The position numbers and the translations under genes are program-made. 64,000 bases of DNA from contig PPNB01000002.1 of NCBI GenBank assembly GCA_003707115.1, positions 310,001 to 374,000 on the forward strand. The letters run 5' to 3'. Below the pieces are notes generated by a model, which searched no databases, was not told where the DNA came from, and was given only the letters and a program-made list of their open reading frames with translations. The stretch's first letter is position 1. The number at the start of each line of letters is the position of its first letter. This stretch comes from Tortispora ganteri. Taxonomy: Eukaryota. Shown piece by piece: positions 19,594-28,000 of this stretch.

Positions 19594-20973
19594 ATGAAAG
19601 ATTGGGCTGTAATTCTTGCTGATGACGATTGTGTCAAACTTTCAGGAATTGATGTCGATGGAATTCTTAGAGGTAAACTTATCTCAAAGAAAAAGTTCCT
19701 TTCTATTGCCGAAACCGGTTTTGGATTCTGCTCTGTTATTTTTGGTTGGGATATGCATGATCGTACCTACAATAGATCTACAAATATAACTGATGAAACT
19801 GGCGGGTTCGGCGATTTACATGCTGTAATTGATCTTGAAAGCTTCACAAGAATTCCCTGGGAAAATAATGTTCCATTTTTCTTCGTGTACTTCTACAATT
19901 CTGACGAAACTGTTGTAGCTCCCTGCCCGCGATCACTTCTCAGAGATGTATCCAAATCGGCCGCCGAACTGGGATATACTCCTATGGCAGGATCAGAACT
20001 CGAATTCTATCACTATAAAGAAACTGGAGCTTCAGTAATTGAGAAAAATGGAAAGAATCTTACTCCTATGACTACTGGTATGTTTGGTTACTCTATACAA
20101 CGTCCTGTCCTTAACAAGGAATATTACTACGATGTATGGAAATCAGCGAATGCCATGGACGTGAATATTGAAGGTTGGCACTGCGAATCTGGCCCTGGTG
20201 TTTATGAGGCTGCTATAACGTATGCAGAAGCTCTCAAAGTCGCAGACCGAACTTCCCTCTTCAAGCTTACATGCAAATCAGTCGGCCCTCAATATGGTAT
20301 AATGCCTTGCTTTATGGCTAAACCACACCATGGTCTTCCAGGGAACTCAGGACATCTTCACCTTTCTCTTTTAGATAGCACTGGTAAAAATATTCTCTGC
20401 AGAGATGAACCTGACCCGAATGCTGAATATCCAGATACAACTTACCTCACCGAAGAAGGCAAGCATTTCCTTGCCGGTATACTAGCAGGACTGAAAGATA
20501 TCATGCCAATTCTTGCGCCTAATATCAATTCTTATAAACGTTTAATCGAAAATTATTGGGCTCCTGTGACAATCTCCTGGGGTTATGAACACAGAATTGC
20601 TTCAGTTCGTTTCATCAGTCCTCCCTCGTGTCCCCCTAAAGGAACGCGCTTTGAAGTTCGTACACCAGGCGCTGACGTGAACACACATTTTGCACTCGCT
20701 GCTTTATTTGCCCTTGGAATCAGAGGTATTAAGCTCAAACTACCTTTAACCGTTCCTCCAATGGGCGCAATTGTCGACCAGTCTACTATCGACAGACTAC
20801 CCAAATCTCTCAGAACCGCTACAGAAACTTTTATGAGCCCAACCAGCTTAGCTCGCGAGGTTCTAGGCGATGAATTTGTCGATCACTTCGGTAAAACAAG
20901 GCTTGAAGAATGTGATCTATGGGATGACGCCGTCACGGACTGGGAGGTCACTAGATACATTGAGACAGCTTAA
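19594..20973 (+). CDS. Type I glutamine-synthetase-like gamma-glutamyl-amine ligase (GlnA4/PuuA-like; not Gln1)
   Basis: DVDGILRGK, GSELEF, HCESGPGVYE, FMAKP..PGNSGHLHLSL, APNINSYKRL, RFEVRTPGAD, DWEVTRY; 459 aa GSI architecture, unlike the shorter eukaryotic GSII. Confidence 0.88.
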   Translation: MKDWAVILADDDCVKLSGIDVDGILRGKLISKKKFLSIAETGFGFCSVIFGWDMHDRTYNRSTNITDETGGFGDLHAVIDLESFTRIPWENNVPFFFVYFYNSDETVVAPCPRSLLRDVSKSAAELGYTPMAGSELEFYHYKETGASVIEKNGKNLTPMTTGMFGYSIQRPVLNKEYYYDVWKSANAMDVNIEGWHCESGPGVYEAAITYAEALKVADRTSLFKLTCKSVGPQYGIMPCFMAKPHHGLPGNSGHLHLSLLDSTGKNILCRDEPDPNAEYPDTTYLTEEGKHFLAGILAGLKDIMPILAPNINSYKRLIENYWAPVTISWGYEHRIASVRFISPPSCPPKGTRFEVRTPGADVNTHFALAALFALGIRGIKLKLPLTVPPMGAIVDQSTIDRLPKSLRTATETFMSPTSLAREVLGDEFVDHFGKTRLEECDLWDDAVTDWEVTRYIETA

Positions 20974-21126
20974 TGTTGAATCTTTTCACTATCATTTACA
21001 AATACTTAGTTCATGTTTTGATAAAACATATTCATTATCTATTGCGTCTAATTTACTTACATCAAGCATTTATAAAGGCTAAAGCTTCTGCTGTGCTCTC
21101 GTAGAAGATGTACAAGAAGCCTTCAC

Positions 21127-23286
21127 CTAGTTCTCGTCCATGGTAACATCGCCGTCAGCATCAACGTCCCCTTCGGTCTTCTCCTTACCGTCTTTAGCTT
21201 TCGAAGACTCCTTGGAGTTAGCAGCGGCAGCGGCGGCAGCGGCAGCGGCGGCGGCAGCGGCAGCTTCTTCTTCAGCTCTTCGTTTCGCTTCAGCAGCTTC
21301 ACGGACCTTGCGTTCTTCTTCTTCCTTGGCACGTCTTTCCGCTTCCTGTTTCTCCAAGTAACGTCCCTTAATAATATTTCCAACAGACAAAAGTTCCTCG
21401 TGCTTAGCAACGTATTGTGCCTTGCTAGCATCTTCACCTTCGTCATAAAGCCATTCCTCAGCAGCATTAAGCATTTCGTGCATTTTAGACTTCTCTTCAT
21501 CAGAAGCAAACTCAGAATACAAGTCATCAAGCTTGCCTCTCATATCATAAATGTACTCTTCTAATGCATTCTTGCGATTTTCAGTGTCTGCAACGTGTTT
21601 ATCTTCCATGGCCATTTGGTTTTCTAGCTCAATGTACTTCTCCTTTACTGAAGACTCCAGAGCAGTGGTACCATGAATAATGGTGAGCTCAGCCTTTTTG
21701 ACAATTTTCTTGACTTTCTTAACTTTTCCAGTTTCACCGTCTTTGGCCTTTTCTTTATCGTTCTCTTCAGTTGATTGTTCAACAGGTTCTTCGACAATTT
21801 GTTCTTCAGCAATATAAGCATTCTCAACGGTGTAAATGCCGGAATAATCAGCACGGAAGCGAAGTTTAACCATTGCAGGTTCGTCCCCATCCGCTTTTAC
21901 TCCTTTTATAGTCCATTGACCAATCCAAGGCAAAACCCCGCCTGGGAGCTCAGAGGTGTATTTAGCCTGAACGATAAAGTCCTCTTTTCTGTACAAAGTA
22001 ACAATCTTAGTGCTGGGGAGAACATTACCAACTGGGAATACTTGTAATTCACTTTCATCTTCACCCTCAACAGGATCCCAAAAGTAGTCGACTGAATATT
22101 GCGTAATATCCTCATACTTGAAAGGACGAACGCGCATGGTGGGGGAGTGCATAGCACAAACGAATGCACATCCACGGGCAATGGCTTCATCTTGATTCAG
22201 AGTGAAGGACAGTGGCTTCTTGAAAAACTCACTTAGTTTTTCCTTCACAGCAGGGATGCGAGAGGTACCACCGACTACCTCGACGGTAGTTATATCATCT
22301 AACGAGATGTTGGCTTGGTCCAAAGCAGCTTTGATGGTGGGTTCCATGCGAGCAATTAAAGGGGCAATTAGTTCCTCGTACTCCTCACGCTTCAACATTC
22401 CATTAACGTCCTTGTCGTCCATAACTGATTCTATGTTGATGGGGGCCTGAGCGTTGGCTGACAAGACTTTCTTGAGGCGCTCAACAGCAGTGAGGACACG
22501 AGAGAAGGCTTTAGGATTAGTAAGAATATCGATTTTAAACTTCTCTTTGAATTCTTGCGCAAAGTGGTTAACGAGTGCGTAGTCGATTTCCCGTCCGCCA
22601 AATTTGCGATCAGATGCTGAACCGATGATCTTGAGTTCACCTTTCTGGACACTAGCGATTGAAACAGAAAAGCTAGAGTGACCTACATCCACAAATGCAA
22701 CTTTCTTAGGCTCCTCACTCAAATCGGTTTTAAAAACACCGTAAGAAACGGCAGCAGCAGTGACCTCGTTAATGATACGAACAGGATTTAAGCCAGCGAT
22801 GTGGGCAGCGTCGACAAGAGCGCGACGCTGAGCGTCAGTGTACCAAAGAGGCACAGAGATGACCACATCAGTAGCAGTCGATTTGGTATCTTCCTGTACA
22901 GTATGCTTAATTTTGGTCAAATACATTGCAACCAGCTGAGTAGCGGTGAAAACTTGTTCCTTTCCTTGGTATCGAACTTTGACGCCTACACCACCACCAG
23001 GGACTTCAACAAGAGGAGCACCAATGAAGCGCGATTCGTCCTGAACTTCAGGATCATTGTACTGGCGGCCCAACAAGCGCTTCAGAGAACCTACAGTGTT
23101 CTTAAGGTTAGAGATTTCTTGAGTCTTAGCAGATTCACCTAGAGCTCGGGCCTTGGGTCCAAAGCCCACGAGAGAAGGAGTAGATCGGTTAGAGACTTCG
23201 TTGACGATGACGTCTATTCCCCTATTACGAGCAATAGCAATGACTGAGGAAGCATTTCCAAGATCCAATCCAATAGAACCACTCAT
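21127..23286 (-). CDS. SSE1: Hsp110 chaperone / Hsp70 nucleotide exchange factor
   Basis: GLDLGN..IARNRGIDVIVNEVSNRSTPSLVGF, TLNQDEAIARG, KNALEEYIY, EEWLYDEGED. Confidence 0.96.
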   Translation of the reverse strand: MSGSIGLDLGNASSVIAIARNRGIDVIVNEVSNRSTPSLVGFGPKARALGESAKTQEISNLKNTVGSLKRLLGRQYNDPEVQDESRFIGAPLVEVPGGGVGVKVRYQGKEQVFTATQLVAMYLTKIKHTVQEDTKSTATDVVISVPLWYTDAQRRALVDAAHIAGLNPVRIINEVTAAAVSYGVFKTDLSEEPKKVAFVDVGHSSFSVSIASVQKGELKIIGSASDRKFGGREIDYALVNHFAQEFKEKFKIDILTNPKAFSRVLTAVERLKKVLSANAQAPINIESVMDDKDVNGMLKREEYEELIAPLIARMEPTIKAALDQANISLDDITTVEVVGGTSRIPAVKEKLSEFFKKPLSFTLNQDEAIARGCAFVCAMHSPTMRVRPFKYEDITQYSVDYFWDPVEGEDESELQVFPVGNVLPSTKIVTLYRKEDFIVQAKYTSELPGGVLPWIGQWTIKGVKADGDEPAMVKLRFRADYSGIYTVENAYIAEEQIVEEPVEQSTEENDKEKAKDGETGKVKKVKKIVKKAELTIIHGTTALESSVKEKYIELENQMAMEDKHVADTENRKNALEEYIYDMRGKLDDLYSEFASDEEKSKMHEMLNAAEEWLYDEGEDASKAQYVAKHEELLSVGNIIKGRYLEKQEAERRAKEEEERKVREAAEAKRRAEEEAAAAAAAAAAAAAAANSKESSKAKDGKEKTEGDVDADGDVTMDEN
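21220..21264 (-). repeat. (GCY)15 coding trinucleotide repeat; poly-Ala15 in the Sse1 C-terminus
   Basis: 15 consecutive GCC/GCT codons on the minus strand. Confidence 0.95.
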
Positions 23287-23417
23287 AATTATTGCTTAAA
23301 TAGTATGTGATTTATATTAAGAAAAGAGTTTTTTCTCCTATATATATACTGGGATGAAAAGGTTTCTCATTTCACTTGGTTATTATGTCGCCCAGCAACC
23401 AGGTACTCATGCAAAAG

Positions 23418-23480
23418 TTCTAGAGTGTTCTAGGTATTTCCTAAACCAGAAAAGCAGCCGATTGTCGGCGATTTCGAGAA
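23418..23480. promoter_or_regulatory. Heat-shock elements in the SSE1/TRM13 divergent promoter
   Basis: TTC at 23418, 23428 and 23438 (10-bp period, step-type HSE); TTCgaGAA at 23473-23480; TATA-like tract near 23339-23348. Confidence 0.6.
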
Positions 23481-23653
23481 ATAACTGCGCAATCGGACAT
23501 ATTATTAAATTGCATATATTTTCTAGAGTCATTGAAGTCCTTTTTATAGTAGAGTCGTAGCGCTAATCGGTGTAAATTTGAAGTAAAAAGCGATCGCTCG
23601 GAAGCCTCATTATCCCAATCCGGAAAAGTTAACGACTGACAATACTATTTTGC

Positions 23654-24862
23654 ATGCAGGAGGCGCCAGATGAGTACCTGGTGACTAAATCAGGTATAAA
23701 ACAGCCTCGATGTCTATTCGTTGGCGCTAGAAAACAGTGTAAATTGACGCGAAGGGCTAACGAGAAGTACTGCTCGCAGCATGTTCCGCTTGGGGTTGAT
23801 CTGGCACCCTCTTCACACAGGACGAACCGACGGGTCCGGATTCCTTGTCCTATAGACGCTTCACACTCTGTTTGGCAAGAAGATATCGAGATTCATGTGC
23901 CGAAGTGCAGTGGAAGAGTAATAAAACCTGTCGATGAGTGGTTTTGCGAGGATTGCAATCTCGACAAGCCAATAACTGTATCTCATAGTGATCCAGACCC
24001 AGAGGATTATATCCATTGTATAGAATTGGTAACAAAAGCAATTGACCCTAGCTGGGCTCCGAAATCGCTGGTAGGTTCAGAGAGACATATATCAAAACTG
24101 ATAGATAGAAACAAAGAACACACAAAGCATGGCACGCAGCAGGAACATTTGGTCGATCTAATACTGTCAGAGCAGAAACAAGAGACTGATGCTTACATTG
24201 AATTCGGCGCCGGAAGAGGTGAATTGAGCAGATATCTAGCACTGGCTTTAGATCACGAAAGACTGCATATGTTCGTTTTAGTTGACAGAGATGGTCCCAG
24301 AATGAAGCAGGACTCTAAAATAAAGCAAGATGCACTTGCACATGGGTATGAGTCTCCGCAGGTTCAAAGATATAAAGTGGATATAAAAGACTTTAATCTA
24401 GACAAGGCACTCCCAGATGAAAAGAGGAATATTTCGGCAATATCGAAACATTTATGTGGAGCAGCAACTGATCTTTCGTTAAGGTGTATAACTCGTTCGC
24501 AAAAGGAGTGTTCAATGATTTGCATTGCTTTATGTTGTCGGCACCGTTGTGAGTGGAATGCTTTGATGGAGCAAAGCCAGAAATGGATGAGTGAAAGAGG
24601 AATCGATGAAAAGAATTTCCATATTGTGTGTAAGATGACATCATGGGCCACTTCAGGCTCAAGAACGCACTCGTCTACGAATTATTTGGGACTCGATAGC
24701 TCTGAGCGTGAACGTATAGGTCTGCTGTGTCGCAACCTGATAGACTTGTCCCGTGTGTATGCACTAAAAATGAACGGAATCAATGCTTCCATTGTGAAAT
24801 ATATTGACTCAGCAGTGACTCTAGAAAATTACTGCTTGATAGCATCTAAAAAAAGACACTGA
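23654..24862 (+). CDS. TRM13: tRNA:m4X 2'-O-methyltransferase
   Basis: N-terminal CCCH finger, RIPCPIDASHSVW..HVPKC, IEFGAGRGELSRY, SKHLCGAATDL, IALCCRH. Confidence 0.95.
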   Translation: MQEAPDEYLVTKSGIKQPRCLFVGARKQCKLTRRANEKYCSQHVPLGVDLAPSSHRTNRRVRIPCPIDASHSVWQEDIEIHVPKCSGRVIKPVDEWFCEDCNLDKPITVSHSDPDPEDYIHCIELVTKAIDPSWAPKSLVGSERHISKLIDRNKEHTKHGTQQEHLVDLILSEQKQETDAYIEFGAGRGELSRYLALALDHERLHMFVLVDRDGPRMKQDSKIKQDALAHGYESPQVQRYKVDIKDFNLDKALPDEKRNISAISKHLCGAATDLSLRCITRSQKECSMICIALCCRHRCEWNALMEQSQKWMSERGIDEKNFHIVCKMTSWATSGSRTHSSTNYLGLDSSERERIGLLCRNLIDLSRVYALKMNGINASIVKYIDSAVTLENYCLIASKKRH

Positions 24863-24934
24863 CACGTTTCGCAGGGTAGAACGCGAATTATCACGCCCAA
24901 ATCGACTTGGGAGTTTCTTATTGGCCGAATAGTG

Positions 24935-24942
24935 TTGTTTAC
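24935..24942 (-). promoter_or_regulatory. Forkhead (Fkh) site GTAAACAA upstream of MYO1
   Basis: TTGTTTAC about 95 bp before the MYO1 ATG; MYO1 is a G2/M (CLB2-cluster) gene in S. cerevisiae. Confidence 0.45.
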
Positions 24943-25036
24943 TTTCTACCGTTCAACCAACACTTCCTAACAGACAAAACAAAAACATTCATTTATTGCA
25001 GTTTTTACATTCTTGCCCCCATTTTTATCTTTAAAC

Positions 25037-28000
25037 ATGGCTGACTTAGACGATCAGGTCTGGATTTCAATAGATGAGACTCAATTTGTTCAGGGGAGAG
25101 TTACTAGCATTAAAGGCACTGATTGTTCTGTGGCCTGTGAAGATGGTATTCTCCGATCAGTTGCTGTCAAAGATATTCAAAAAGCAAATCCGCCTCAATT
25201 CGAGAAGGTGTCTGATATGGCTAAGCTAACACATCTAAATGAACCGTCTGTACTACACAACCTAAAGTCAAGATACCAAGACGATAGCATTTACACGTAC
25301 TCTGGGCTGTTCCTGGTAGCTGTAAACCCGTATAAATCTCTTCCGCTATACACTCAAGAAATTGTCGACAATTATATACAAGAAAATATTAATGAGCCGC
25401 ATCTATTTGCAGTTGCTAATATGGCTTACGATAACTTGATTCGAAACAATAAGGATCAGTCTATCCTGGTCACGGGTGAATCTGGCGCTGGTAAAACTGA
25501 GTCAACTAAAAAAATCATCCAGTTTTTGACTGCGAAAGCCTCTTCTAATTTGAAATCTTTAGATCAGCAAATCCTCCAAGCTAATCCGCTTTTGGAATCT
25601 TTTGGAAACGCGCAGACTGTTAGAAATGATAACTCTTCTCGCTTTGGTAAATTTATTCGCATTGAAGTCGACAAGGCCGGCCACATTTGTGGGGCTACAA
25701 TCGACTGGTACCTTTTAGAAAAGTCTCGCATCGTCACTCAAAACTCAAATGAGCGAAACTATCACATTTTTTACCAGCTGCTTGCTGGTGCACCAGCTGA
25801 GTTGCTTTCTAAGGTCAAACTTAGCCGCGACCCCAACCAGTATAACTATTTGAAGAACTGCAACAAGTACATTTCAGGTGTATCTGACTCAGATGAATTC
25901 CAGAAACTTGTTGCCGCAATGTCTGTAGTTGGCTTTTCTCAAGAAGAGCAAACCAACATATTCACTGTTCTTTCAATAATTCTGCACATTGGTAACATTG
26001 CCTTCAGTGAAGATAGAAGCGGCCAGGCTAGAATCAGTAATCCAGAATCACTTCGACAGCTTTGTACCCTCATGTCTATCTCCTACTCTAAATTCTCGGA
26101 ATCTTTGATATCTCCGAAAGTGAAAGCAGGCCGAGAGTTTGTGACGCAAAAACGTTCCGCTTCTCAAGCCAAGTTCACTGCTGACTCTGTTGCTAAAGCT
26201 TTGTACGAAAGGCTTTTTGCTACGCTGGTCAATCGCATCAATGAAACACTTCAGAGACAGGGTGATGTCCACCACTTCATCGGAGTGTTAGACATAGCTG
26301 GCTTTGAGATATTTGAACATAACAGTTTTGAACAACTTTGTATCAACTATACTAATGAAAAGTTACAGCAGTTTTTCAACCACCATATGTTTGTTTTAGA
26401 GCAAGAGGAGTATTCAAGGGAACAAATCGACTGGAATTTTGTGGACTATGCCTTAGATCTTCAGAAAACTATTGGAGTCATTGAAGGAACGAAACCGATT
26501 GGGCTTTTGTCATGTTTAGATGAAGATTCAGTTATGCCTGCTGCTACCGACAAATCTTTTACTGATAAAATCAGTTCAATTTGGAGCTCAGATGCTGAAG
26601 AACAAGAGAATACTGTGTTTCAACCCCTGAAACTGAAACAAGGATTTGAACTGAGTCATTATGCCGGCAAAGTAGAATATTCTACCGAAGGCTGGCTAGA
26701 AAAGAATAAAGACCCAATGACTGAGGCTTTATGTGAACTTTTTTCCGGTTCTGACTTTACCTTCCTTGCTGAATTGTTTCGCGAAGGCCTCTTAGGAAAT
26801 CAAGCTAAAGGTAAAAGAGGTCAGTTCAGAACTGTTTCTCAAAGACATAGAGAACAACTGTCAGCCTTGATCAGCACATTGGAGGCTACTGAGCCATATT
26901 TCATTCGTTGTATTATACCTAACAGTGAACACAGAGCTGGTATGATTGATACTGCATTGGTCTTGAAACAACTTAGGTGCAATGGTGTGTTGGAAGGAAT
27001 TCGAATATCTCGCTCAGGTTTCCCTAATCGTATTTTTTATCACGAGTTCCAATCACGGTATAAAATATTATCCAAAAAACCTTTGAAAGGTTTATCTCCT
27101 AAGGATGTCACTGCAAGTATTGTTGCCAATACCGACCTTACTACCGACCATTATAGATTTGGTTTAACAAAAGTTTTTTTCCGTGCAGGGGTATTAGCTA
27201 TCTTAGAGCAGCGAAGAACTTCAATTCTGGACTCCCTATTTACTCAATTCCAATCAATCTCTCGCGGATTCATCGCACGCTCAGCGCTTGCAGAAACTCA
27301 AAGGAAACAAGCAGCGCTGAGACTAATACAAAATAGCATTCAGAAATATTTGGAAACTAATTCGGATCCTTGGTTCAAGTTATTTTGTCATTTGAAACCG
27401 GCAATAACTGTTTCGCTACAAAAAGAGGCTGGGTCTGGTACGAGCTCAAGAGAAACTCATCGCCTCAGGCGTAAAGTACATAGCCTTGAAGTTTCTATCA
27501 AAGACAAGGATGCAGCTATTTCTAGCTTGAAGATTGATTTAGAAAAGGCGAAGGAGGATATAGAATCATCATTTGTCAAAGTAAGCTCTAAAGACTCTGA
27601 GATTCAGAAATTGCGCGAAGAGCATGAAATTTTACACGCTTCCTTTACAGAAACAATTGCTAGCCTCCAAGGTTTAGAGAAGCAGTGTAAAGAACTTAAC
27701 GCTGCAAAAGCGCAGATTGAATCTCAGTCACAGAAACTACGCGATGAAATAGAGAACGGAAGTAAATTAGTTGGAAAGCTTGAAGCTGAAAAATTAACAT
27801 TGAGCGAACGGATCAGTGAACTTGAAGTCTCATTGCAAGAGACCGCTATATCCAGTTCTTCCGAACATAAGATGATAGAAACTCTTTCGAGTGAGGTTCG
27901 TATGCTCAAAGAGGTAGTGAAGAGCAAAAATGATACTATTGAAGCATTACAAAAGAAAACAAAAGACATTGAATTAGAATTGACTGAGAAATTAAAGGAA

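Noticed and set aside
19594..20973. Annotation as GLN1 or FluG
   Set aside because: GSI-type sequence, not eukaryotic GSII, and it lacks the N-terminal amidohydrolase domain of FluG.
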